A stretch of DNA of 64,000 bases, taken from Clostridium sp. (lineage in GTDB: Bacteria; Bacillota_I; Bacilli_A; RF39; UBA660). Each line of letters begins with the position of its first letter. Position 1 is the stretch's first letter. The position numbers were made by a program, and so were the translations under genes. Of this stretch, positions 29,839-39,544 are shown one piece after another. The stretch lies in assembly GCA_023665725.1 (NCBI GenBank), contig JAMPDH010000001.1, positions 3,567-67,566 on the forward strand, written 5' to 3'. Below the pieces are notes generated by a model, which saw only the letters and a program-made list of their open reading frames with translations, had not been told where the DNA came from and did not search any database.

Positions 29839-29935
29839 ATAGTGAAGCCGAATGTAACGTAGTGTTGATAAGTGTAAAAATGCGCTATTTAAAGGATAAA
29901 ATGCACAAAAGTGAAGCTAAATGAGTAGCTTTAAA

Positions 29936-29983
29936 AGTCCCCAGGGGTCTGGCAAAAAATACAAAAATTGCTGTGGTAAGTAG
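29936..29983 (+). repeat. Degenerate remnant of the secA 3' end (R1), encoding SPQGSGKKYKNCCGK*
   Basis: corresponds to the SecA tail CPCGSGKKYKQCCGK* with divergent codons; followed by the motif ataagggtttgcgaaggttt. Confidence 0.7.
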
Positions 29984-30048
29984 TAGGTTTTATAAGGGTT
30001 TGCGAAGGTTTGAAAGTCTAAAAAAAGCATAAATTAACCATAAAAATT

Positions 30049-30078
30049 GAAAAATTTCCTCATTTTGGCCTCATTTTC
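30049..30078. repeat. 30-bp direct repeat gaaaaatttcctcattttggcctcatttt (copy 1) plus hairpin gcctcatttt/aaaatgaggc (30068-30092)
   Basis: second copy at 31062-31088; the pair brackets the KilA-N gene. Confidence 0.65.
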
Positions 30079-30146
30079 AAAAAAAATGAGGCAAAGTTTA
30101 AAAAAATTAGTGAAAGGGAGTATATTATGAAAAGGGGGATTTTAAA

Positions 30147-31028
30147 TTGAAAAATGATGTAGTAACAACTGAGATTATTGTAAAAGAAAATAAAATTGGA
30201 ATAATGCGAGTTGGAAATGTCAATTATATTTCATTAACAGATTTAGCAAGATATAAAGATAAAGAACGAACTGATTATATTATTCAAAACTGGATGAGAA
30301 CAACAAATACAATATTATATTTAGGTACTTGGGAATATTTAAATAATCAAAATTTTAATTCCATCGAATTCGATGGGTTTAAAAATGAATCTGGCACCAA
30401 TGCTTTTGTAATGACTCCAAAGAAGTGGATTGTATCTACAAATGCTATTGGTATAATTTCTAAACAAGGAAGATATAATGGTGGTACTTTTGCTCATCCT
30501 GATATTGCCTTTGAATTTGCAAGTTGGTTATCACCTGAATTTAAACTATATCTTATAACTGAATTTGAAAGATTAAAGACAAATGAGGCTTATCAATATA
30601 AAATTGAATGGAGCGCAACTAGACTTTTATCAAAAGTTAATTATGTGGTTCATACAGATGCAATCAAAAAATGTATAGTTCCGACTTTAACTGAAAAACA
30701 AAAACAATTTGTTTATGCGGAAGAGGCTGATGTATTAAATGTAGCCCTATTTGGAATGACTGCAAAAGAATGGCGAGATAGTAATTCGAAATTAGCAGAG
30801 AAAGGAAATATGCGAGATTACACTGATTTACTGCATTTAGTTATATTAAATAATCTACAAAATACAAATGCTGAATTGATAGAAGAAAAAGTTTCTCAAA
30901 GAGAAAGACTGATTAGATTAAATAATTCTGCAAGAAGACAAATGGAAGCATTAAAAGATAATAAGAGCCTTAAAGATTTAGAATTATTACAAAAACAGGT
31001 TAACGAAAACAATATGATAGAACAATAA
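30147..31028 (+). CDS. KilA-N / DinD-like (phage anti-repressor-like) protein
   Basis: 293 aa; TTG start with AGGGGGA SD; N-terminal KilA-N/Bro-N-like segment (YISLTDLARY...IQNWMR); C-terminal DinD/ORF6C-like region; family call from memory. Confidence 0.5.
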   Translation: MKNDVVTTEIIVKENKIGIMRVGNVNYISLTDLARYKDKERTDYIIQNWMRTTNTILYLGTWEYLNNQNFNSIEFDGFKNESGTNAFVMTPKKWIVSTNAIGIISKQGRYNGGTFAHPDIAFEFASWLSPEFKLYLITEFERLKTNEAYQYKIEWSATRLLSKVNYVVHTDAIKKCIVPTLTEKQKQFVYAEEADVLNVALFGMTAKEWRDSNSKLAEKGNMRDYTDLLHLVILNNLQNTNAELIEEKVSQRERLIRLNNSARRQMEALKDNKSLKDLELLQKQVNENNMIEQ

Positions 31029-31061
31029 AAAGTGATACAATTAAGATAGTAAACGAATGTT

Positions 31062-31088
31062 GAAATTTTCCTCATTTTTACCTCATTT
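31062..31088. repeat. Direct repeat copy 2 (gaaattttcctcatttttacctcattt)
   Basis: matches 30049-30078. Confidence 0.65.
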
Positions 31089-31216
31089 AGGAAATAACGA
31101 ATAATACTAATAGTACTGATAATACTATAAATACGAATGTTACTTTGACCTGTATTTTAAGAAATAACAATAGTACTATAAATAACATAAATAAGGATAA
31201 TATGAGATTGTACTGA

Positions 31217-31261
31217 GCATGTGGAATTGGTAAGAAGTATAAGCAATGTTGCGGAAAATAG
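31217..31261 (+). repeat. Remnant of the secA 3' end (R2), encoding ACGIGKKYKQCCGK*
   Basis: 3 mismatches over about 45 nt versus the genuine secA 3' end; followed by aaataagggcttgtgaggttttt. Confidence 0.8.
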
Positions 31262-31688
31262 CCATAAAATAAGGGCTTGTGAGGTTTTTGCTAAAGGGAA
31301 AATCGTTAAAATTGGTAAAATGTTTGCAATTTGTTTGCAGAAAAAATAAATTGTAGATGTGAATAGCCGAAAAGCCTTTATTTTAAAGGAAAAATTATTG
31401 CAAACAATTGTTAACAAAATTATATAAATGTTAGCATTCAAAAAGTGCTAGCATTTTTTGTTTACTAACTCCACAAGAAAATGAAGTAAAATGGTGAAGA
31501 TTCGAGTCCAAAAAAAGGGGAATTCAATATAGATTTGAAATAGCACTTGGTGGTAAGAGAAAAAAATCTGGCTTTAAAACAAAAAATTAATGAATATTAT
31601 AAACAGTATTATGTGATGTAGATAAAAGCCAGTAAAAATGGTATAATTAACTCGACGATAAATAGTGATTTGAAAGTGAGGTACGAAA

Positions 31689-31856
31689 ATGAAAAATTAT
31701 ATTAAATATTTAATAAGTGCAGTAGTATTTTTTGGAGTATATATATTAGTAAATTATTTAATCGATAAAAATATTAATTGGATTATGAGCATTACAGCAA
31801 CAATAGTTTATTTGATATTTAATGTTGTATCCGTTAAGTTTGAAAATAAAAAGTAA
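31689..31856 (+). CDS. Small 2-TM membrane protein (55 aa)
   Basis: AGTGAGGT SD 7 nt upstream; hydrophobic hairpin protein; not in the ORF track because it is under 60 aa. Confidence 0.45.
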   Translation: MKNYIKYLISAVVFFGVYILVNYLIDKNINWIMSITATIVYLIFNVVSVKFENKK

Positions 31857-31897
31857 TTGCTAAATTACAATTTGTGAGTATGATTGGAGATGTAATT

Positions 31898-32545
31898 ATG
31901 GCTTTTGATTACAAGAAAGAATATAAAGAATTTTATATGCCAAAAAGTAAACCTAGTATAGTTGAAATACCAAAAATGAATTATATAGCAGTAAGAGGAA
32001 CAGGAAACCCAAATGAAAAAAATGGAGATTATCAAAATACAATAGGATTATTATATAGTATTGCTTACACGATAAAAATGAGTTATAAAGGAACTCACAA
32101 AATAGATGGATTTTTTGAATATGTTGTTCCACCATTAGAGGGATTTTGGTGGCAAGATGGAATGGAGTGTACTATTGATTATAATAATAAAAATGCCATG
32201 CACTTTATATCTATTATTAGAGTACCAGACTTTGTAACAAAAGAAGATTTTGATTGGGCAATAGATGAAGCAACAAAGAAAAAGAAGCAAGACTTTTCAC
32301 GAGTTGAATTTTTGACTTATGATGAAGGTATTTGTGTTCAATGTATGCACTTAGGTTGTTATGATGAAGAACCTACGACTGTTAATTTAATGCATGAATA
32401 TATGAGTGTAAATGGATATGAATTAGACATAACAGATACTAGATACCATCACGAAATATATTTGAGTGACCCAAGAAAATGTGATGTAAGCAAATTAAAA
32501 ACAGTTATAAGACATCCAATTAAAAAATTAAATAGCAAGTTTTAA
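31898..32545 (+). CDS. GyrI-like small-molecule-binding domain protein
   Basis: N-terminal motif FDYKKEYKEFYMPKSKPSIVEIP..YIAVRGTGNP typical of the GyrI-like/AraC-effector domain. Confidence 0.65.
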   Translation: MAFDYKKEYKEFYMPKSKPSIVEIPKMNYIAVRGTGNPNEKNGDYQNTIGLLYSIAYTIKMSYKGTHKIDGFFEYVVPPLEGFWWQDGMECTIDYNNKNAMHFISIIRVPDFVTKEDFDWAIDEATKKKKQDFSRVEFLTYDEGICVQCMHLGCYDEEPTTVNLMHEYMSVNGYELDITDTRYHHEIYLSDPRKCDVSKLKTVIRHPIKKLNSKF

Positions 32546-32558
32546 AGAGAGAAAAAAT

Positions 32559-33524
32559 ATGAATGAATTTCTTAAATTTAGTATGATTTTATTGGTAATT
32601 ATTATTTTACTGATAGTATCATTGATTATTATAAGTTTTGCTAATCATAAAATAAAATTAAAAAAAGAAAATAATTTATTTAAAACAAATGGACAAATTA
32701 TAGAGGTAAATAATCATAATATAAATATTTATATAAGTGGTAATTATAATAGTGATGTAACTTTAGTGTTTATGGCTGGAGGAGGAACTTGTTCGCCAAC
32801 TCTTGATTTTAAAACCTTGTATTCATTATTTGAAAATGATTATCAAATAGCAGTGGTGGAAAAAGCTGGTTATGGTTTTAGTGATATAAGTGATATTGAT
32901 AGAGATATTGATACAATTTTATTTGAAACAAGAGAATCACTCCATAAAGCAGGTGTAAACAATAACAAATATATTTTATTTCCTCATTCTATGTCTGGAA
33001 TTGAGGCATTATATTGGGCAAATAAATATCCAGATGAAATAAAAGGAATAATAGGATTAGATCCAGCAGTTCCTGCATCATACGAAAATATAAAAATTAA
33101 TAGTATGCTGTTCACTTTGGCAAAATTTGGAGCAGATATAGGACTTACTAGATTTATACCATCTATTGCTAATTCTTCCTCTGCAATTAAAGATGGAAAT
33201 TTAACAGATGAGGAAAAAGAATTATATAAAGTCATTTTTTATAGAAGAGCAGAAACTACTTCAATGATAAATGAAATAAAGAATATAAAAGAAAATGCTA
33301 AAAAATTAGAAAGCATTGATAGTACCAATGTGCCTATGTTGTTTTTTATATCTAATGGCGATGGAACAGGTTATGCAAAAGAAAAATGGAGAAAGTTTAT
33401 TATTGATTATATAAACAATAAACAAAACGGAGAATACAAAATTTTAGAATGTTCTCATTATGTTCATAATATAGAGTATCAAAAAATCTACAATGAAAGT
33501 ATAAAATTTATAGAAAAACTATAA
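32559..33524 (+). CDS. Alpha/beta-hydrolase fold protein, membrane-anchored
   Basis: N-terminal TM; nucleophile elbow HSMSG; C-terminal His. Confidence 0.75.
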   Translation: MNEFLKFSMILLVIIILLIVSLIIISFANHKIKLKKENNLFKTNGQIIEVNNHNINIYISGNYNSDVTLVFMAGGGTCSPTLDFKTLYSLFENDYQIAVVEKAGYGFSDISDIDRDIDTILFETRESLHKAGVNNNKYILFPHSMSGIEALYWANKYPDEIKGIIGLDPAVPASYENIKINSMLFTLAKFGADIGLTRFIPSIANSSSAIKDGNLTDEEKELYKVIFYRRAETTSMINEIKNIKENAKKLESIDSTNVPMLFFISNGDGTGYAKEKWRKFIIDYINNKQNGEYKILECSHYVHNIEYQKIYNESIKFIEKL

Positions 33525-33557
33525 TAGCAAATTACACTTTGAAAGTGAGGAGAAATA

Positions 33558-34151
33558 ATGCCTAATATTATATTTAAGGGAATAACAAAGGAAAATGATT
33601 CAATATTTGATCAGATAAATGAGAGGCCAAAAAATGCTAAAATATTGAATATACCAAAAAATAATATATTAGTATCTTTAATATTTGCAATACCATTTAT
33701 GATTTTGTGCTTTATATTGATTTATGTAAAAAAGACTATGATGAATGATTTTCCAATGATTAGACACTTTATTCCAATAGGAATTATACTTGGAATATTA
33801 TTTTGTTTTTTTCATGAACTACTACACGCAATACCACAACCGAAAGGAGCAAAAGTATATATAGGCTTTATACCTAAAAAATTTATGTTTTATATGAAAT
33901 GCAAAGAACCACTTTCTAAAAAAAGGTTTATATTAATGGAATTATTACCTATTATACTAGGAATTGTACCATTAATAATATTTATGATTTCCAACAATCA
34001 AATACTAAATTCTATTATGTGGGCTATGGCTATGATAGGCTTAGTATCACCATCTCCAGATTATTTGAATGTATATTGTGTATTAAAGGAAGTTCCAAAA
34101 GGGGCATATATACAAGATGATACTGATGGAATGTGTTGGTTTAAAAAATAA
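33558..34151 (+). CDS. DUF3267-like putative zincin membrane peptidase
   Basis: HELLHA motif within a polytopic membrane protein. Confidence 0.55.
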   Translation: MPNIIFKGITKENDSIFDQINERPKNAKILNIPKNNILVSLIFAIPFMILCFILIYVKKTMMNDFPMIRHFIPIGIILGILFCFFHELLHAIPQPKGAKVYIGFIPKKFMFYMKCKEPLSKKRFILMELLPIILGIVPLIIFMISNNQILNSIMWAMAMIGLVSPSPDYLNVYCVLKEVPKGAYIQDDTDGMCWFKK

Positions 34152-34174
34152 AAGATAAATTACAAGTTAGATTA

Positions 34175-34774
34175 TCAAATTAAAGTATCTTTTATTATAT
34201 TAATAACATATTTTTTCATTAAATCATAATTTAATTCTTGGTGTTTGTGATATACAATTTCATGGCATAAGTTATCTATAATTCCAATTATTATATGGAT
34301 TTTCTCTTTAGCATTTTCTATTTTTATTCCATTATTTTTTAATAAGTTTACAATTCTAGTAGTCATAAGTAATTCTGATTCTTTAAAAATGTTTGCTATA
34401 TCTTCGTCTAAATGTTCCATTGCTACAAGTTCTTCATGAGCTTTTTTTGATATTGTATGATTTTTGATAAGTTTATCAATCATGGTTGACATTAGATTTT
34501 CAATATTATAAATATCTATTTTTTCAGTCTCTAAAACTTGTAACATTGGATACATAATGGCGTTAGAATAGTTTTTTACACCTTCGATGAAAATTTCCTT
34601 TTTATCATTAAAATATTGATAGATAATTCCAGTAGAAACACCAGCATATTCAGCTATTTCATTTGTGTTGGTATTATAAAAACCTTTTTCACACATCAAT
34701 TCAAAACCTTTTTTAATAATTCTGTTTCGCTTTTCAATAGATCTTTTTTGTGTTGGCATTCTTGTTTCAGACAT
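34175..34774 (-). CDS. TetR/AcrR family transcriptional regulator
   Basis: N-terminal HTH NEIAEYAGVSTGIIYQYF; divergent from the ABC pump operon. Confidence 0.85.
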   Translation of the reverse strand: MSETRMPTQKRSIEKRNRIIKKGFELMCEKGFYNTNTNEIAEYAGVSTGIIYQYFNDKKEIFIEGVKNYSNAIMYPMLQVLETEKIDIYNIENLMSTMIDKLIKNHTISKKAHEELVAMEHLDEDIANIFKESELLMTTRIVNLLKNNGIKIENAKEKIHIIIGIIDNLCHEIVYHKHQELNYDLMKKYVINIIKDTLI

Positions 34775-34832
34775 AGTATTTCACCTCATATTTAATTACA
34801 TTATACATATTAAAAAAAACAAAATCAATAAT

Positions 34833-34916
34833 AATGTGATAAATTATTCATATTTTGTTGACTATCGAAATAAATAAAAGTATAATAGATGTGAAATGTG
34901 ATAAATAATTCATATT
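34833..34916. promoter_or_regulatory. Two 22-bp direct-repeat operator-like sites (AATGTGATAAATTATTCATATT / AATGTGATAAATAATTCATATT) around promoter TTGACT-N17-TATAAT (34858-34886)
   Basis: imperfect palindromes flanking and overlapping the pump promoter; the arrangement expected for a TetR operator. Confidence 0.45.
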
Positions 34917-34932
34917 GTGGAGAGGTGAAGAT

Positions 34933-35643
34933 ATGGAAGAATTAATTAAATTTAAGAATGTAAAGAAAACTTATAAAGTAGGTGAAAAATCTTTTAATGC
35001 TTTAGATGGTGCGGATTTTTCGATTAATAAAGGTGAATTTGTAGTTATTTTAGGACCAAGTGGTGCAGGGAAATCTACTCTATTAAATTTGTTAGGTGGG
35101 ATGGATAAAGTAACGAGTGGAGATATAATTGTTGGTAGTGATCATATCTCAAAATATAGTGATGAGGAATTAACTAATTATAGAGCTGAAAATGTAGGTT
35201 TTATATTTCAATTTTATAATATTTTGCCTACATTAACAGTTTTAGAAAATGTTGAACTTGTCAAAGATATTGTTAAAAGGCCTAAAAGTGCAAAACAAAT
35301 ATTAAAAGATGTTGGACTAGAAAAACATTATACTAAGTTTCCTAATCAATTATCTGGAGGAGAACAGCAAAGAGTTAGTATTGCAAGAGCAATAGCGAAA
35401 GATCCACTACTACTTTTATGTGATGAACCTACTGGTGCATTAGATTCTAAAACTGGGGTAGAAGTATTAAAACTATTAAAGAAACAATGTGATTCTAATA
35501 ATGGAGAGAATACAGTAGTAATTGTTACTCATAATGCTTTAATTGCTGAAATAGCAGATAGAGTTATAAGACTTAAAAATGGTAAAGTTGAATCAAATAC
35601 AATAAATAAAAAGCCAAAGAATATTGATGAGGTTGTTTGGTAG
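34933..35643 (+). CDS. ABC transporter ATP-binding protein (MacB/LolD/FtsE-like)
   Basis: Walker [10 protein letters not shown], signature LSGGEQQR, Walker B LLLCDEPT; GAGGTG SD. Confidence 0.9.
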   Translation: MEELIKFKNVKKTYKVGEKSFNALDGADFSINKGEFVVILGPSGAGKSTLLNLLGGMDKVTSGDIIVGSDHISKYSDEELTNYRAENVGFIFQFYNILPTLTVLENVELVKDIVKRPKSAKQILKDVGLEKHYTKFPNQLSGGEQQRVSIARAIAKDPLLLLCDEPTGALDSKTGVEVLKLLKKQCDSNNGENTVVIVTHNALIAEIADRVIRLKNGKVESNTINKKPKNIDEVVW

Positions 35644-38010
35644 ATGTTAAATAAAAAGTTATTTCGTGATATAAGAAACAACTTATCTCAATTTATTACT
35701 ATATTTTTAATGGTTCTAATAGGAGTTTTGGCTTACTCTGGAATAGAAGCATACATGACTGGTATGGAAAAGTCAGGAAATAAGTTTTATACTGAAAACA
35801 ATTTACAAGATATTAATGTTGTTGGTAAGTTAAATAGAGATAATGTAACTGAAATAAAAGAGTTAAATAATGTTAATGATGCAGAGGGGAAACTATCAGT
35901 AAATACAAAAATGATTAGCGATGATGACATAACACTACTCACAAATTTCATTGAATCAAATAATATTTCAAAGTTTTATATTGTTAGCGGAGAAGAATTT
36001 AGTGCAACTGATGGAATTTGGATAGATAATTTCTTTGCAGAGGAAAATAATTTAAAAGTCGGAGATATTATTAAGTTCAAGTATAATGATTATACTTTTC
36101 TAGAAAAAGTAAAAGGACTTATTAATGTTCCAGATCATTTATACGATGTAAAAGATGAATCTGAACTATATCCTAATCATAAAGATTTTGGCTTTGTATA
36201 TGTTAGTACAACTGAACTTGAGGATTATATAAAAGAAGAAATGATGAGTGAAGTTGGTATTAATTCTAAAGAAGAATTAGAGAGTGTTATGCCTAACTTC
36301 GATTATAAAGAACATTTAGTTTTTAATACCATTATGGTAGATGTGAATGATAAAAGCAAAATTAATGATTTAAAGGATAATATTGAAGAAAAAATCGAAG
36401 GAACATCTACAATAAACATAGAAGATACTTCTTCTTATAGAACATATCAGGGAGAAATAGATGAAGGCAAAACTTATGTTGGAGTATTTTCTGGATTATT
36501 TATCTTTATTGCAATACTATCAGTTATAACTACTATGACAAGAGTAGTAAAAAAACAAAGAACTCAAATAGGTACTTTAAAAGCACTAGGTTTTAAAAAT
36601 AGAAAAATAGCAATTCATTATATCAATTATGGATTCTATATCTCATTAATTGGAGCAATCTTAGGGTTAATATTAGGTTATTTTACGATTGGGAAATTAT
36701 TTATAAGCATGGAAATGACTTTCTTTGAACTTCCAAATGGAAAGCCTGTAATGAATAACAGTTCTTATATAGTTGCAGCTTTTGTAGTTTTACTTGTATC
36801 ATTAGTTACTTATTTAGCAACAAGAAAAGTATTAAAAGAAAATGCTGCTGAAACTTTAAGACAACAACTTCCAAAAGTAAAAGAAGGATCTATCAATATA
36901 ACAACAAAAGGAATATTTACTAAATGCTCTTTTTCTACTATATGGAATATAAGGGACATTATAAGAAATAAGGTAAGAACAATTACTGGTATTGTTGGAG
37001 TAGCTGGTTGTGCCATGTTAATTGTTTGTGCTATTGGCATGTTAAATAGTATGAATCACTTTATTGATTTACAATTTTCAACGCTTTATAATTTTGATTA
37101 TAAATTGAGTTTAAAAGAGAATATTAATGATAAAGAATATGATAATTTAATTTCAAAATATGGAGATAATACATCACAAACTTTACTTATTGAAACAAAA
37201 GATAATGATGGCAATAGAGAAACTAATAATATTTTTGTTACTGATGCCAATGAATATGTAAGATTTATAGATGATAAAGAGAATTTTATAGATGTTAGTT
37301 CTTCTACAGGAGTTTATATTACTAGAAAACTAGCAAGTAATATGAATTTAAAAGTCGGAGATAAAATCAAATGGCATATTTATGGAGACAATACTTATTA
37401 TGAGTCAGAAATAGTTGGATTAAATAAAGATCCACAAAATCAAAATATCACTATGACAAGAGGATATTTAGAATCTTTAAACATTGAATATAAACCTGAT
37501 TCATTATACACAAATGAAAACATTAATACAAAGGATGAAGTAGCAGGAGTAGACTTAATAAGCGATATAAATCAACTTAGAGATGGTATGGATAAAATGT
37601 TATCTACTATGAAATCAATGATTTGGTTAATTATTGGAGTAGCAATACTTTTAGGAGTTATTATAATTTACAATATGGGTATTTTATCTTATACTGAAAA
37701 ACAATATCAATTTGCGACATTAAAAGTATTAGGTTTTAAAGATAAACAAATAAGAAATATATTTATAAAACAAAATAATATAATAGCAATAATTGCAATT
37801 ATAATAGGGTGTCCTTTAGGTTTTTATTTAACAGATTGGCTATTTAAAACAGCTATTGAAGAAAGTTATGATTTTGGCGCATATATACATATTAGTACGT
37901 ATATTATTGCAGCAATCGGAACATTTTCCGTTTCTTATATTGTTTCTAAATTACTTTCTAAAAAAATAAATAAGATTGATATGGTATCAAGTTTAAAAGG
38001 AAATGAATAA
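35644..38010 (+). CDS. ABC transporter permease with two FtsX-like domains (MacB-type efflux permease)
   Basis: 788 aa; two 4-TM FtsX modules separated by a large extracytoplasmic domain; start abuts the ATPase stop. Confidence 0.85.
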   Translation: MLNKKLFRDIRNNLSQFITIFLMVLIGVLAYSGIEAYMTGMEKSGNKFYTENNLQDINVVGKLNRDNVTEIKELNNVNDAEGKLSVNTKMISDDDITLLTNFIESNNISKFYIVSGEEFSATDGIWIDNFFAEENNLKVGDIIKFKYNDYTFLEKVKGLINVPDHLYDVKDESELYPNHKDFGFVYVSTTELEDYIKEEMMSEVGINSKEELESVMPNFDYKEHLVFNTIMVDVNDKSKINDLKDNIEEKIEGTSTINIEDTSSYRTYQGEIDEGKTYVGVFSGLFIFIAILSVITTMTRVVKKQRTQIGTLKALGFKNRKIAIHYINYGFYISLIGAILGLILGYFTIGKLFISMEMTFFELPNGKPVMNNSSYIVAAFVVLLVSLVTYLATRKVLKENAAETLRQQLPKVKEGSINITTKGIFTKCSFSTIWNIRDIIRNKVRTITGIVGVAGCAMLIVCAIGMLNSMNHFIDLQFSTLYNFDYKLSLKENINDKEYDNLISKYGDNTSQTLLIETKDNDGNRETNNIFVTDANEYVRFIDDKENFIDVSSSTGVYITRKLASNMNLKVGDKIKWHIYGDNTYYESEIVGLNKDPQNQNITMTRGYLESLNIEYKPDSLYTNENINTKDEVAGVDLISDINQLRDGMDKMLSTMKSMIWLIIGVAILLGVIIIYNMGILSYTEKQYQFATLKVLGFKDKQIRNIFIKQNNIIAIIAIIIGCPLGFYLTDWLFKTAIEESYDFGAYIHISTYIIAAIGTFSVSYIVSKLLSKKINKIDMVSSLKGNE

Positions 38011-38231
38011 TTCTTACAATTTATAAAGCAAATCAAATACTTAATTAATTTTTACTTTGGGTGTATTAATTTTTGAATTATTAATAGCATAATTTAGTTA
38101 ACTTGTAGCTTTTTTCTGTCGATAGCATATATTTATTTGGCAAGCGAATTATTACAATGTTTCCATTTTTCCATTGTATGAAGTATATATAGTAGTACTA
38201 TAATTACTATATATACTAGACTAATAGAATT

Positions 38232-38273
38232 TGCGGAAGTGGTAAGAAATATAAGCAGTTTTATGGTAAATGA
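38232..38273 (+). repeat. Degenerate remnant of the secA 3' end (R3), encoding CGSGKKYKQFYGK*
   Basis: 26 nt identical to secA (gcggaagtggtaagaaatataagca), then diverged; followed by aaataagggtttccgaaagattt. Confidence 0.7.
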
Positions 38274-38668
38274 CTGTAAAATAAGGGTTTCCGAAAGATT
38301 TGATGAAATTTCTAACAGGTAGTCATTTCTCATTTGTTACCATAAATCAAACAAAAATCACTAAAACGCTAATAAATAAAGGAATGTTAACATAAATGAA
38401 ATGTTGGCATTCCCTTTTTGTTTTAGTAAAACTAATCAAAAAGGAAATAAACATAAATTAGAGTATTGTGAAACATTAGATAAAGATTATATGACTGGAG
38501 ATTATACAGATTTTGTTAAATTAATAACGGGGTTAGAAATAGAGATGTTAAATAAATACTTAGAATTATTATAGGAGCATACGATGTATGTTCTTTAAAT
38601 AGGATACTTTGAATTGATAGTAATTTAGTGTTATGGTATAATATAACTTACAGGGAGGTTAATTGTAC

Positions 38669-39187
38669 ATGAATAGTAATAAAAAAATTTCAAACAATAA
38701 TAATTATGCTACAAAGGAATTGCTTGATTTAGTCGAAAAAGAATATGAAATAGAGAGAAATAAAAAGCAAAGCTTTGAAAATAGAGCTGGTTTAATTCTT
38801 ACGCTATTAGGTATTGTATTTATATTTGCTTTAGAAAAAGTTGAACTTAAGAATGTATTTTCAATGTTTTCACAAACATTAAGTTTTATGGATTTAATTA
38901 AGATTATTAGTGGAATATCCGTTTATTTTTTTCTAATATTTACTTTTCTTATGATATTAAAAGTTCTTAATGTAGTGGAACAAACAAATTTTAATGTCGA
39001 ATGCTTAAACGATGAACTTTTAAAAACAAATTATAGTGATGTTATCAGTAAAATTATATATACGTATAGAGATATAATTATAGGACACCGCCAATTAAGT
39101 GAAAGGCGTGCTAAAATATTTAAAAAAGTTTTATATGGTATGTTAATAACAATTATTTCAATTTTAATATACCTAATAGTTATATAG
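38669..39187 (+). CDS. Hypothetical 3-TM membrane protein
   Basis: strong SD AGGGAGGT; no family recognised. Confidence 0.5.
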   Translation: MNSNKKISNNNNYATKELLDLVEKEYEIERNKKQSFENRAGLILTLLGIVFIFALEKVELKNVFSMFSQTLSFMDLIKIISGISVYFFLIFTFLMILKVLNVVEQTNFNVECLNDELLKTNYSDVISKIIYTYRDIIIGHRQLSERRAKIFKKVLYGMLITIISILIYLIVI

Positions 39188-39205
39188 ATAGGAGGGAAAT
39201 AATGT

Positions 39206-39400
39206 ATGGGAAGTGAACTTAAGAAAGACTATATAAATAAAAAATATGAAATTAAGGTTCCTAAAAAAGATAATGATTATCTTAAAAAATCTAATAATTA
39301 TGGAACTATAACTAATAATGATATGATAGGAACGGAACTTTTCAATCATAAAACTCAACAAGCAAATAATATCAAAAATTCAAATAATAAAAATAAATGA
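39206..39400 (+). CDS. Small hydrophilic Lys/Asn-rich protein (64 aa)
   Basis: GGAGGG SD 9 nt upstream; no family recognised. Confidence 0.4.
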   Translation: MGSELKKDYINKKYEIKVPKKDNDYLKKSNNYGTITNNDMIGTELFNHKTQQANNIKNSNNKNK

Positions 39401-39544
39401 CAATATTTCCTTAGCAGATTAGGCTTCTAAAGCTTTTTCTTTTTATAATAACTAAAATACTTGTAGTAGTTTTATAAAATATGCTATAATTAAATTGATA
39501 TATATTATTTATTGAATAATAAGGAAAGCAAGGTAGATTAAGAA

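Noticed and set aside
31157-31441. 94-aa minus-strand ORF
   Set aside because: It lies in the junction region after secA remnant R2, is low-complexity, has no SD and overlaps the remnant, so it is judged spurious.
38133-38333. 66-aa minus-strand ORF
   Set aside because: It overlaps secA remnant R3 antisense and has no SD, so it is judged spurious.
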